Shown here piece after piece: positions 1 to 9,188 of a stretch of DNA of 64,000 nucleotides. This stretch comes from a virus, in the IMG/VR virus record IMGVR_UViG_3300029763_000196; one strand, written 5' to 3'. The stretch's first letter is position 1. The number at the start of each line of letters is the position of its first letter. The notes beneath the pieces were generated by a model. It worked only from the letters and a program-made list of their open reading frames with translations, was not told where the DNA came from and searched no databases. A program made the translations under genes and the position numbers.

Positions 1-120
1 ATGGCTTCGGAACTTGACGAAGGTAAGCGTGCCGAATATCTGAAAGAATACACTGATTATCAGAGTTATCGTATCAAGGCTAAGGAGATCGCAAAAGAAG
101 TATTAGCAAAATTGAAGTAA
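1..120 (+). CDS. 3' end of an ORF truncated by the window edge; same frame as 127..1302 and separated from it only by TAA, so possibly the N-terminal part of the tail-fibre gene
   Basis: frame-1 ORF runs from position 1 to TAA at 118-120; ATG of the next ORF at 127 is in the same frame. Confidence 0.3.
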   Translation: MASELDEGKRAEYLKEYTDYQSYRIKAKEIAKEVLAKLK

Positions 121-126
121 TCCGGT

Positions 127-1302
127 ATGGAGGCGCAAGGGCATATATTAATACGAAGAAAGGCCAAAAATGGAATTGACGGTACTAATGGGGAACCGGG
201 GAAAAACGGGCTGCAAGGCTGTATTCTCCGGCAATCCGAATGGGCTAAAGGCATAGAGTATCGCAATGACGAGGCTTTGACTTCCGGTACCCGGTACTTG
301 GATATTGCAATTGTGACTACCGGTGCTAATACGTTTAATGCGTATAAATGTCTGAAAACTCATACGTCCAGTGATTCCATTCCGGTGACAAATACAACTT
401 ATTGGCAGAAGTTTAATTCTTTGGTGCCAGTGTACACTCCGCTTATCATGGCTCAAAATGCTATTCTACGGTTCATGCAGGGTAATCAGCTTTTGATAAT
501 GAAGGGCGATAATAAAACGGTTGCAGCAGGTCTTGTTGGTGGTGACTATCCGTTATGGGTTGGAGCTACAACACCGACTGATGCGCCATATAAGGTGAGT
601 ATAGCAGGGAAACTCTATGCGGCTGGTGCGGTTATTTCAGGTGACAGCACTTTTGAAGGTACATTGAAAGGTGTATCAGGCTCTTTTACAAGGTTGAATT
701 GCGTGAATGCTGCTGGTGATGCGGTTGGAGGAATCAGCTTTGGAAGTGATGGAAGAATGTGGTTTGATGGTGATATGTATCATCAAGGTACTAAGGATAA
801 CCGGTCATTACGTTTCTACACTTCTGACTTATGGTGTAGAGGCGTGTTTGGCGCAAGGGAAAGAAGCATTATGGTAGTTTACGGCTCCTATGCCTATGTG
901 TACACAAAAGGTGCTGATAAAACCGGTACTTATATACCTTTGACTTCCGGGACTTCCTCTGCTAACGAAACTTATTATACAGTTCCTTGCTATTCGCCAA
1001 GATACGATTATAACGGTGAAACTTCGGGTTTTCCAGTTGATACGGTTATATTTAGAATAACATCGAATGTAACCTACCGTTATCTTTTGAGTCTTGCCGT
1101 CACCCAAAGGATATTCGTGGTTAATGCAAATGACAATTATAATAATGTTCAGATATATGCGAATGGAACAAAGCAAACATTGAATGGCGGTTCCATGCAC
1201 CATTGTATGCAGTTGGTGGATTTTATGTATCCGTCACCGAACTCTGACTGGTTGGGAAGAGGACTGATGTTCGGTGCTTCAAATGATAATGATTGGAAGT
1301 GA
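127..1302 (+). CDS. tail fibre / receptor-binding protein of prophage A with a short collagen-like Gly-X-Y stretch near the N-terminus
   Basis: GIDGTNGEPGKNGLQG triplets; C-terminal ~250 aa (GTLKGVSGSF..VNAAGD.VGGISFGSDG.MWF.GD.YHQG..YTSD.WCRG.FGAR..VVYGSY..ETYYT.P) align with the C-terminus of the 1410-aa tail fibre at 37547..41779. Confidence 0.6.
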   Translation: MEAQGHILIRRKAKNGIDGTNGEPGKNGLQGCILRQSEWAKGIEYRNDEALTSGTRYLDIAIVTTGANTFNAYKCLKTHTSSDSIPVTNTTYWQKFNSLVPVYTPLIMAQNAILRFMQGNQLLIMKGDNKTVAAGLVGGDYPLWVGATTPTDAPYKVSIAGKLYAAGAVISGDSTFEGTLKGVSGSFTRLNCVNAAGDAVGGISFGSDGRMWFDGDMYHQGTKDNRSLRFYTSDLWCRGVFGARERSIMVVYGSYAYVYTKGADKTGTYIPLTSGTSSANETYYTVPCYSPRYDYNGETSGFPVDTVIFRITSNVTYRYLLSLAVTQRIFVVNANDNYNNVQIYANGTKQTLNGGSMHHCMQLVDFMYPSPNSDWLGRGLMFGASNDNDWK

Positions 1303-1568
1303 TTATGAAAAGGATAAATTTTGAAAGAATTGAGATATTTGTTGATATTGATAAGACGAGATGTTCCGTTGAGAACTACAAGAAGGATTTTGCCAATATC
1401 ATTTATCAACTTGGCAGGGGAATAGAGGCTCATGCCCTCGCATTTAAAATATTCAACTCCAATGGAGAAATTGAGTATAACGATGAAGAGTGTAATATGA
1501 TTAAGGAATACGCAAGTTTATGTTCCCCAGCCTTTATTGATGCTATCAACAAATTACTATTGGAATAA
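1293..1568 (+). CDS. small protein downstream of the tail fibre (fibre-associated, chaperone-like?); homolog of 41763..42119
   Basis: position; C-terminal similarity FNSNGEIEYNDEECNMIKEYASLCSPAFIDAINKLL vs YQSTGDIEISAEEALMIKEAALVLSPGGYAQIVKLI. Confidence 0.4.
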   Translation: MEVIMKRINFERIEIFVDIDKTRCSVENYKKDFANIIYQLGRGIEAHALAFKIFNSNGEIEYNDEECNMIKEYASLCSPAFIDAINKLLLE

Positions 1569-1595
1569 AAATAATAAACGCAAACACAAAAGGAT

Positions 1596-2063
1596 ATGAA
1601 CGACATTATTGAAACATTCATTCACGACCATTTGTTTTTACATTTGGTTTTGATAGCGGTAAGTATGACAGCTATCATAATCGCAATGGGGATAGATTTT
1701 ATTTCGGGGATTCAGAAGGCCAAACAGCGTGGGGAACTTCGTACCTCGAAGAAGTACAAAATGACAGCGACAAAAGCGAAGAAATATTTTAATCCGTTTC
1801 TGACACTGGTTATGATTGACCTTATATGTTGCATCGTCATTCCATTTCCAGTATTCGCTATGTTATGGGCGGTTTATTGCGTTTTCTGTGAGTTCAAATC
1901 GGTACGTGAGAAATCATGGGAAAAGGCCGAGCTTCGGAAAGCGGAAAAGACCATGAGTATAATCATTGAGAATAAGGACGATATAGCACGACTGGCCGCA
2001 CAAATATTGTTTGAAACACAAAAAGAAAAGGAGGATAAAAATGACACGGGGACTACGGAATAA
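1596..2063 (+). CDS. holin-like small membrane protein (lysis cassette of prophage A)
   Basis: two predicted hydrophobic helices (LVLIAVSMTAIIIAMGI; LTLVMIDLICCIVIPFPVFAMLWAVYCVF), charged C-tail, position just upstream of the putative lysin. Confidence 0.4.
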   Translation: MNDIIETFIHDHLFLHLVLIAVSMTAIIIAMGIDFISGIQKAKQRGELRTSKKYKMTATKAKKYFNPFLTLVMIDLICCIVIPFPVFAMLWAVYCVFCEFKSVREKSWEKAELRKAEKTMSIIIENKDDIARLAAQILFETQKEKEDKNDTGTTE

Positions 2064-2457
2064 TAATCCGTTAAATATACGGAGAAATAATACGAAATGG
2101 CAGGGGTTGTCTGCAACACAGACAGATAAAAGTTTCTTTCAGTTTAAAACTATGGCATACGGTTATCGTGCTGCTTTTAAAACTCTTCAAACTTATATTC
2201 TTAATAAGTATGATACTGACAAAGACGGCACGGCCAATGAACTTGAAGATGTTATTATGCGATGGGCACCGCCATGTGAGAACAATACTGAAGTGTATAT
2301 TGCCACAGTCGAAAAGCGTTCAGGCATATCTCGTCATACAATTCTGAACAGAAACAACCGGGAACAACTTATTGCGGTGGTGGCTGCAATGAGTTATGTT
2401 GAGAATGGTGTTCCTGCAAACATGGATGAGGTAAGGAAAGGTTGGGAGTTGATATAG
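2041..2457 (+). CDS. putative lysis-module protein or endolysin-like protein with a conserved RNNNPLNIR..W.G motif
   Basis: strong SD (aaaggagga) 6 nt before ATG 2041; motif family seen next to holins in Bacteroidetes phages; function not directly recognisable. Confidence 0.3.
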   Translation: MTRGLRNNNPLNIRRNNTKWQGLSATQTDKSFFQFKTMAYGYRAAFKTLQTYILNKYDTDKDGTANELEDVIMRWAPPCENNTEVYIATVEKRSGISRHTILNRNNREQLIAVVAAMSYVENGVPANMDEVRKGWELI

Positions 2458-2485
2458 GAAACAAACATATAAACACATAGAAGAT

Positions 2486-3193
2486 ATGGCAAACTTGAAT
2501 TTTACTCTTAAAGAAGAGGATTGGTACGAAAGCCAACCTATACAGTTATCTACTGGGAAATTTGCTATTAGCATCAATTTTGGAGATGCAGCAAACAACA
2601 GAGTTGTTGTGTACAAAAGTTCTAATGGAAAGGATTATGTACCTTACAAAACAGCACTTGGGGTTGGAGAGTTCTGTGATATGAATGTCGACGGGTTGAT
2701 AGCCGGACAATATGTTATGGTAGGATGTAATGAACTTCCTATTTCATCTTCATTTTTGGAAAGTTCTGATGGTAGCAGCAGTGCGAGCAAATCGGATATT
2801 TTAGCAGAAAGCGGACGTGCTCAACTGGCAGAGTCCCAACTGGAACAGTCCATAAATGCGGTGAAGACCGCTTTGGATGAATTGGTTGGTACTGTTGATG
2901 CGACTACGGCCATTGACACCTTCAATGAAATTGAAACCTTCCTTGCAGGAGTAACCAATGAAAAAACTCTGACTGGAATGTTGGCTGTTACTGATGGAAA
3001 GGCCGTGACCGCACAAACAACGGCTGATGCTGCAAAAAGTACAGCTCAAACAGCTCTTAGCAAAGCCACTGCCAATGAAACAAAACTTAATACAATACCT
3101 GAAATGCCGGAGAATGACGGTAAGATATATGGTTTCTGTAATGGTGCATGGGTAGTTATTGCGGAAGTTGGTAAAAATGTATATACAGATTGA
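2486..3193 (+). CDS. hypothetical protein with C-terminal coiled-coil region
   Basis: ORF with good coding periodicity, in lysis/late operon. Confidence 0.3.
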   Translation: MANLNFTLKEEDWYESQPIQLSTGKFAISINFGDAANNRVVVYKSSNGKDYVPYKTALGVGEFCDMNVDGLIAGQYVMVGCNELPISSSFLESSDGSSSASKSDILAESGRAQLAESQLEQSINAVKTALDELVGTVDATTAIDTFNEIETFLAGVTNEKTLTGMLAVTDGKAVTAQTTADAAKSTAQTALSKATANETKLNTIPEMPENDGKIYGFCNGAWVVIAEVGKNVYTD

Positions 3194-3753
3194 TTATGAG
3201 ATTGAAGATAGGTATAGGAGTAATCTTTGTGTTACTCCTTGCGGCAACCTTTTTGATGTACCGGTTGTGGCAGGAAGAGAAGAAGGAAAGTGCCCGACTT
3301 TCAGATAATATGAAAAGTCTCTGTACTGGGCTTGAAGAATATAAGATTAGGGATAGTCTAAATGTGGTTGAAAACCATGTTTTACGGCTTAACATAGAAG
3401 AATTGAAAGAGCTGCGGAGTGCGGATGCAAAACTAATAAAAGAATTGAATCTGCGTCCAAAAGAAGTCGAATATATCACAACCACAAAAGTTGTCACTAA
3501 AGACAGTATTGTATTTGTTCTGAAAGACAGCTGTTTCAATTATTCAGATAAATGGGTGGATTTTTATGCAAATATTCCTGACAGCACATTTACTTATGAA
3601 GTGAGAGACAGTCTTTCAAGTGCGATAAGCCGGATATATAAACACAGGTTCCTATGGTGGAGATGGGGGACAAAGGGGTATAAACAAACGATAGTCAATC
3701 ATAACCCACGAAGCAAAATCGTTTATAATGAAATTGTAAAGGTGGAACATTAA
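3190..3753 (+). CDS. N-terminal signal-anchor membrane protein with coiled coil (spanin-like?)
   Basis: hydrophobic helix IGIGVIFVLLLAATFLMY followed by charged helical region; start overlaps upstream stop (ATGA). Confidence 0.3.
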   Translation: MIMRLKIGIGVIFVLLLAATFLMYRLWQEEKKESARLSDNMKSLCTGLEEYKIRDSLNVVENHVLRLNIEELKELRSADAKLIKELNLRPKEVEYITTTKVVTKDSIVFVLKDSCFNYSDKWVDFYANIPDSTFTYEVRDSLSSAISRIYKHRFLWWRWGTKGYKQTIVNHNPRSKIVYNEIVKVEH

Positions 3754-3760
3754 TTAATAA

Positions 3761-3792
3761 GAAGGGAGCCGAAATGCTCCCTTCTCCTTTTT
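3761..3792. terminator. bidirectional rho-independent terminator between convergent genes
   Basis: perfect 9-bp stem GAAGGGAGC / GCTCCCTTC with 6-nt loop, T-run downstream and A-run upstream. Confidence 0.55.
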
Positions 3793-3794
3793 CT

Positions 3795-4196
3795 TTAGAA
3801 AGGCAAATCGTCTTTTTGTTCCCCAAAATCCACTGGCGGTTGAGGTATGGCAGTTTGTACGGGTGCCGCGGTGGATGATGCCCCCTGATAATAAGTTTGG
3901 GGCTGTTGCGCTGCGGTAGGCTGTCCTGGATTACGGAGTGTTGCTTTCCAGCAAGTAATGGAGTTAAACCATTTTCCTTGCCATTCATTCGCATTAATAT
4001 CTATTTCAATATCAACGTCTTGCCCGACTGCTAATCCAAAATTCTGAATATTGCTATTCATTACTGAAAAAGCGACTTTTTTAGGGTATTGGCCGGGAAT
4101 TTCCAAAACGAAATCTTGTCTTTGCCAGTTGTTACCATTTTTTGAGACACCCGATTGTATCGGTTGTGCCACAATAATTTTTCCTTCTAATTTCAT
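3795..4196 (-). CDS. DUF3127 domain protein
   Basis: MKLEGKIIV..QSGVSKNGNNWQRQDFVLE..YPKKVAF..W.GKWFNSITCWK pattern typical of the DUF3127 family of Bacteroidetes and phages. Confidence 0.55.
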   Translation of the reverse strand: MKLEGKIIVAQPIQSGVSKNGNNWQRQDFVLEIPGQYPKKVAFSVMNSNIQNFGLAVGQDVDIEIDINANEWQGKWFNSITCWKATLRNPGQPTAAQQPQTYYQGASSTAAPVQTAIPQPPVDFGEQKDDLPF

Positions 4197-4202
4197 TGTT
4201 CG

Positions 4203-4379
4203 CTTATAAATAGTTAAACACTATATGCCCGGCCTTTTCAAGTTTACGGGCATAATCTAACATTCTTTCTTTAGTGCTGAAACTTTCATCATTCCACCAA
4301 ATGCCAAATCTTTTAATCTGACACTGATAGCGTTTGTCTCCTAATAGATTCTCGGATATTCCTATACGATATTTTGCCA
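4203..4379 (-). CDS. small hypothetical protein (58 aa), below the ORF-track length cut-off
   Basis: ATG (rc) at 4379, MAKYRIGISENLLGDKRYQCQIKRFGIWWNDESF..., fills the gap between flanking genes. Confidence 0.25.
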
Positions 4380-4382
4380 TTT

Positions 4383-5048
4383 TTATTCATCATCCCCAGC
4401 CGGATTTAACTTGTCTGACTCATTGATTGCGCGGCTGATAATATCACAATCAGTAAGTTTTCGTTGTATGATAGCCATCCCCCTTTTGCAATTATCACTT
4501 TGATTGAGGTCACAATACCCTCCCTTATATAAAATATCAGAAAGTTCGTCCAATACTTTAAGTGTGTCAGTGAGCCGGAGATATGTTATTCCGGTTACTT
4601 CTTTGTTGTATGGACGGACTTCTTCTATCCGTTTGTCAAGGGATAGACAAGCAAGCTCTGCCATACATCTTGTAAGTTCTACTTTGGCAAGTAAGGCACT
4701 GTTTTCAATCCGGCATTTGTCAAATTCCAGTTTAATGGAGTATTCCATTTTAAGCAGATCAGGTTGTACTTCATCTGCAATATACTGGTTAGCATCAGCC
4801 ATGAAAAAAGCCCGGTGTCCAGCTATTTTATTGATTTTCTTTTCATATTGAAGCATCAACTGTTCCAGTTTATTTCCTTGCTGCTTTACGCGGAAACGAC
4901 AAAGCCTTGATTTACGTAATTCACTTAACATTTCTACAATTAAGGAACAAACTATGTCATTGGTGAACAATATGTTATATATTGCTGCCAGTGTGATATT
5001 TTCAGCTTTTAACTTCTTGTCTTTTATATCACCTATTTTTCTTTCCAT
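4383..5048 (-). CDS. hypothetical protein
   Basis: 221-aa ORF in the leftward early operon. Confidence 0.4.
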   Translation of the reverse strand: MERKIGDIKDKKLKAENITLAAIYNILFTNDIVCSLIVEMLSELRKSRLCRFRVKQQGNKLEQLMLQYEKKINKIAGHRAFFMADANQYIADEVQPDLLKMEYSIKLEFDKCRIENSALLAKVELTRCMAELACLSLDKRIEEVRPYNKEVTGITYLRLTDTLKVLDELSDILYKGGYCDLNQSDNCKRGMAIIQRKLTDCDIISRAINESDKLNPAGDDE

Positions 5049-5138
5049 AAGTTCATGAAATCTTTATAGACACATGGTAGTGCAAAGATAAGGACAAACG
5101 TCTCAACAATCAACTTTATTAATTGTCCGGTTCCTATA

Positions 5139-5438
5139 TCAATCCATTCTGTTTTTATTATAATTCATTTTGGCTTCAATGAGTGAATCAATGTCACATT
5201 TGAAATGATGTAGTGTACTTAGGGCAACAATGATTACATCTGCCAGTTCTTCTTCTACATCTAAATACTCTTTAATATGTGGAGATTTCTCACCCGTACA
5301 CTCAAAGACTTCGGCAACTTCTTCAAGCAGATCGCGGTGAAGATTGTTGTTGCTATCATTGTCGGGATCAATCTTTCCACGTCTTACGGCACATTCATAA
5401 GCTTTCTGCGCGATCTCATTTAATTTTCCCATTATCAA
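5139..5438 (-). CDS. MazG-like nucleoside triphosphate pyrophosphohydrolase
   Basis: EEVAEVFE ... EELADVIIVAL motifs typical of the all-alpha NTP-PPase (MazG) fold; ~100 aa as in phage MazG. Confidence 0.6.
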   Translation of the reverse strand: MIMGKLNEIAQKAYECAVRRGKIDPDNDSNNNLHRDLLEEVAEVFECTGEKSPHIKEYLDVEEELADVIIVALSTLHHFKCDIDSLIEAKMNYNKNRMD

Positions 5439-5817
5439 TATGTTTTATCCAGTTATTATCTTTCTCCAAAAACCATTGCCAGCCATTTTGGGGCTTGATT
5501 TTTCGTTTTATATACCGGCGAACTGTGGCATAATTCAGATTTAGCTTTTGGGCGGCTTGGGTTATTGAATCGAATCTATACCATTTGCCTTCGGGAGTGA
5601 TTGCGATACACGCAAAGGCATGGGCGTTTCCATTAGACCAATATCTATGTCCTTTCAAAGCCTCGCTGTGTCTTTTTCTTATTTCAACAGCTCTCTCTTT
5701 GCCATAGTATTCTTCATAGGTTTTTCCTCTTAATCCGTGGTGATAGCCTTTATTGAAAACATTATGTCCGTTGACAACCCGTGTGACCGGTATTTCAGGG
5801 TCTAATCTTAATTCCAT
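5416..5817 (-). CDS. homing-endonuclease-like DNA-binding protein (NUMOD-type modules)
   Basis: RKRHSEALKGHRYWSNG (NUMOD3-like) and ITPEGKWYRFDSITQAAQKLNLNYATVRRYIK (NUMOD1-like HTH); no clear nuclease core. Confidence 0.35.
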   Translation of the reverse strand: MELRLDPEIPVTRVVNGHNVFNKGYHHGLRGKTYEEYYGKERAVEIRKRHSEALKGHRYWSNGNAHAFACIAITPEGKWYRFDSITQAAQKLNLNYATVRRYIKRKIKPQNGWQWFLEKDNNWIKHIDNGKIK

Positions 5818-5818
5818 A

Positions 5819-6334
5819 TTATTCCTTATTTTTGTAATTATCTCTTCTCATTTGGTGATAGCGATAGTACATGGATAAGTCGAGTTTACGAATGAAATTA
5901 TCATCCGCTTTCATGTCAGAAACTTTTTGGGCAGGCTTGACTACCTCAAAGAAAATTCTCTTTACCGCATACCTTCCCTTTTCAAGAGAATAACATTGCA
6001 CTGATCCTTCATAAGCATAAATAAGCCCGGCAAAATCAGGGACTTCATCGGGCTTTATCAAACTTTTTGGTACTATATAATAAAAATAATTGGTACGTTG
6101 GCCGGAAGTGACAACATCAAACTTGTTCTTGCCATATTTATCACTTTTCTTTTTATCCTTATGGAAATCACATCTGCTTACTTTTACTTCATATTCATAA
6201 GTCAGGCGTGACCGGGTAACTTCCAATAAGTCAGCTTCCCATTTCCCGACAAAAATATTGGGAAAGATGCGGTTTCCTTTTTTATCACGAAAAACATGAT
6301 CGCAAAAGCCTTGTATAATATCAAGTGTTTTCAT
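5819..6334 (-). CDS. hypothetical protein, possible PD-(D/E)xK nuclease fold
   Basis: EAD..LEV..EYEVKVS arrangement resembles a D...E.K motif; weak. Confidence 0.25.
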   Translation of the reverse strand: MKTLDIIQGFCDHVFRDKKGNRIFPNIFVGKWEADLLEVTRSRLTYEYEVKVSRCDFHKDKKKSDKYGKNKFDVVTSGQRTNYFYYIVPKSLIKPDEVPDFAGLIYAYEGSVQCYSLEKGRYAVKRIFFEVVKPAQKVSDMKADDNFIRKLDLSMYYRYHQMRRDNYKNKE

Positions 6335-6738
6335 TTGATCTTTCCATGTTCCTTATCCAGTTCATACTCAAAAAATCCTTTTGCCTTATCATAAAGTCCG
6401 TCCTTTATATCAGAGAAATACATAGCGGCATTAAAGGCTTTCAATGCTGCCACACGAGCTTTCTTCTTATAATAGTCTGCCCGTTTGATCGTATTTTCTT
6501 CTTTTCTACGTTCTTGCTGTTCCAAATATCGGTCAACCGCTTCTCGTCCCCAACGGAACATGTCTTCTTTGTCGGCAAAGGTGGCAGATTCTTCACGGAT
6601 CAGCCTTTTCTCCGAGGAAATGACATAAGCTGATATTCCTTTGTATCTACGAATGGAAACGGCTATGTCGAAACCTTTATAATTTTGCTGTTCAACATAG
6701 CCGCCAAGAGTATATGGGAAGTCTGTCTTTTCTATCAT
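6331..6738 (-). CDS. hypothetical protein
   Basis: ORF, overlaps neighbours by 4 nt at both ends (operon packing). Confidence 0.4.
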   Translation of the reverse strand: MIEKTDFPYTLGGYVEQQNYKGFDIAVSIRRYKGISAYVISSEKRLIREESATFADKEDMFRWGREAVDRYLEQQERRKEENTIKRADYYKKKARVAALKAFNAAMYFSDIKDGLYDKAKGFFEYELDKEHGKIK

Positions 6739-8006
6739 ACAGCTTTGATATTGATTAGTGGCACAATTGTATCAATAATTTCTACCGTAGGTTCTATAAG
6801 CTCTTTTATTTCCTGAACATTTTTGTATGCCATAGGACTTTCATCCAATGTCCCTTCACATACGGAAGTGGAATACACTTTGCTCATTTGGGTTTTGAAT
6901 GCGTCCATTGATAATCTTTCTTTAGCTTCGGAACGGGAGTATAAGCGTCCTGCACCATGTGGTGCAGAATAGTTCCAGTCTTTGTTTCCCTTACCACGAC
7001 AAAGAAGAATACCGTCTGCCATATTCATAGGAATCACAACGTAATCATTGGCGTATGCGGCAATAGCCCCTTTACGGATTATCATATCATCAAAGCTGAT
7101 ATAGTTATGGACTGTCTCAACGGATATTGTAGCGTTCCAGCTCAAAGTTCTGATTATACGCTGTATAATCAACTTGCGGTTGAATGCGGCATATCCTTGT
7201 GCGATCACCATGTCACATAAATAGTGGAGCATTGCTTCATTTGTGAGATACCCGGAATATTCGGCAAATTTTTCCTTCAAACGTAGTATTTCAGTTTGCA
7301 TGAATTGTGGCTCAACAGTGGACTTCAAGCGTTGAATTTCATTAGAAAAAGCCTTTTTATCAAATTTTGCTATTTCTGCATGGTATTTACAGACCTTCAC
7401 ACCAAAGTTGCGCGATCCGGTATGTATTGTAAGAAATATATTATTGGTTGACTCGGCACGCCCCAGTTCTATAAAGTGGTTTCCACCTCCCAATGTACCT
7501 AAAGAGTTGTAGAATGTGCCTTCATTTATCCCCACCTTCTTACAAAGTTGTGATACATATTCTTCATTAATAACTGGTTTGGTTAGTTGGTATTTAGAGC
7601 AGAACTGATCCATTCTGATAGATAAGAAGGTAAACAAATCTTCCTTTTCTTGTTTGGATAAGGGTTGTTGGTTAATCTCAAATCCCATAGGTATGATGGA
7701 ACGGATTGCATGATTAATGTCCGGGAAAGACTCTTCTGTTATTGCATTTTCAATTTCTACACACAACATTCCACAACCAATATCCACTCCGATATGATTG
7801 GGGTTGACACGATCTGTAACTGGCATGGTGAATCCAATCACTATATCTACTCCCTGATGGGTATCAGGCATAATACGAACCGGAACACCAGTCGTAACCG
7901 GATTGTTCAAAATGTTTTGTATCGTTCCAATAGCTTCATTTTCTATTGCATTTGTAAATATTTTACAATCTTTGCCGAATTTTCCTTGTAATTCAATCAT
8001 AATCAA
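6735..8006 (-). CDS. rtcB: RtcB family RNA 3'-phosphate ligase (tRNA repair ligase)
   Basis: RtcB hallmark motifs RIMPDTHQG, GVDIGCGM, GGGNHFIE, APHGAGR in the expected order; 423 aa. Confidence 0.9.
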   Translation of the reverse strand: MIMIELQGKFGKDCKIFTNAIENEAIGTIQNILNNPVTTGVPVRIMPDTHQGVDIVIGFTMPVTDRVNPNHIGVDIGCGMLCVEIENAITEESFPDINHAIRSIIPMGFEINQQPLSKQEKEDLFTFLSIRMDQFCSKYQLTKPVINEEYVSQLCKKVGINEGTFYNSLGTLGGGNHFIELGRAESTNNIFLTIHTGSRNFGVKVCKYHAEIAKFDKKAFSNEIQRLKSTVEPQFMQTEILRLKEKFAEYSGYLTNEAMLHYLCDMVIAQGYAAFNRKLIIQRIIRTLSWNATISVETVHNYISFDDMIIRKGAIAAYANDYVVIPMNMADGILLCRGKGNKDWNYSAPHGAGRLYSRSEAKERLSMDAFKTQMSKVYSTSVCEGTLDESPMAYKNVQEIKELIEPTVEIIDTIVPLINIKAV

Positions 8007-8212
8007 ATCTTTTCGTTAAGTTTTTCAAGAAGTTCATTCGCACAGTTCTTTGCGTATTCTTCATCTTCATCATGAAAGGACTTGACTGTTATCCAAATCC
8101 CTGCAAATTTAACTTGTACTTTGTAATCAAGAAGGAGGTATTTCTCTCTGTTTCCGCTGCAATTATCTTCTACGAAGGTAGTCGTTTTATTGATTCTGTA
8201 CTGTTTCATCAT
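8003..8212 (-). CDS. hypothetical protein
   Basis: small ORF overlapping rtcB stop by 4 nt. Confidence 0.35.
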   Translation of the reverse strand: MMKQYRINKTTTFVEDNCSGNREKYLLLDYKVQVKFAGIWITVKSFHDEDEEYAKNCANELLEKLNEKI

Positions 8213-8465
8213 TATTTATTTCTTTAGAGTAGCAATTTCTATCAAGTATCTTAATGCACTGTTTAATTCCAGTATCAAATCCTTCTTTATAGCCTTTGGT
8301 ATGCTCACCTAAAACATATATAGTCATTGACAGCCAAAATAGAAGTATGCCAACGGATTTATACCAGCATGGTAAAGATACAGAAAAGGGTTTTAAGGTG
8401 ATAGAGAAATCACCGATCCACAGAAGACCGGCAATGAGCATGAGTAAATATAAGACTTTCATCAT
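8187..8465 (-). CDS. small membrane protein
   Basis: two hydrophobic segments (LYLLMLIAGLLWIGDF; SVGILLFWLSMTIYVL). Confidence 0.35.
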   Translation of the reverse strand: MMKVLYLLMLIAGLLWIGDFSITLKPFSVSLPCWYKSVGILLFWLSMTIYVLGEHTKGYKEGFDTGIKQCIKILDRNCYSKEINNDETVQNQ

Positions 8466-8954
8466 TTATCATTGTTAAGTTCAACATATTTGCCTTGTAA
8501 AGAGCAGTTCCTTAAAATTTCGGCATTTTCCCGGCCAAATGCAATAAGAACACTACCGCAACCGGGGCTGTCCCCACGTGTTCCATCGGGACGGAAGAAT
8601 TTTATTCGATTCCTCAAAAACATCATACCGGTTGCTTTCGTGAAGATGATGTCTTGAAACTTATTGCTGTCACACCGGTTAAAAAGTAGTGCTATACCGT
8701 TGCCGTGTTCTGCCAATTTCTCTACAAACTGCCATATAAGCGGTTTGGAGTACGGAGGGTTAAGCCAAATTCGCCCCCCCCCAATTTTGTATAAGACCAT
8801 TGTCCTGCTTGTTGTACATGATTTTTGCGGTAGGCCAAAGAGGGTGCATGGGAGCACATGGATCAAGGTCAAATTCACCTAATGCTTCAATGATTTCTCG
8901 TGGTGTGTACCATTCATCGGAAGCGTTTGCAGATCGTTCAAAAGATGTATTCAT
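8462..8954 (-). CDS. phage-type N6-adenine DNA methyltransferase, split by a frameshift at a G9 tract in the coding strand (C9 at 8774-8782 on +)
   Basis: N-terminal fragment (8760..8954) DEWYTPREIIE..FDLDPCA and C-terminal fragment (8462..8878) WLNPPYS are the two halves of one phage Dam-like enzyme (PF05869-like); removing 1 G joins ..QNWGG to RIWLNPPYS in frame. Confidence 0.7.
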
Positions 8955-9187
8955 GTATTACTTACATTTAGGATTTTACGAATTTCTATATGATCGCAAT
9001 TTTCATCAGCCTTTTTCAGAATATAAGCAATTTCTTCTTCCTTACTCATGTTCTGTGGACGTTTCGTTGCTTCTGCTCTCAATTCAGAAATAATTTTATC
9101 TACTTCGGGATTAGGAGTTTCATATAATTTTTTAAATTCAGCGGCTCTACGTTTAATAAGTCGCTCTGTCTTTTTGTTTAATTTCAT
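8951..9187 (-). CDS. hypothetical protein
   Basis: 78-aa charged ORF. Confidence 0.35.
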   Translation of the reverse strand: MKLNKKTERLIKRRAAEFKKLYETPNPEVDKIISELRAEATKRPQNMSKEEEIAYILKKADENCDHIEIRKILNVSNT

Positions 9188-9188
9188 C

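Noticed and set aside
118-129. In-frame TAA between ORF 1..120 and the tail-fibre ORF, considered as programmed readthrough or a pseudogene
   Set aside because: The upstream gene is cut by the window edge, so the relationship cannot be judged. The fibre has its own ATG at 127, and separate genes are the simpler explanation.
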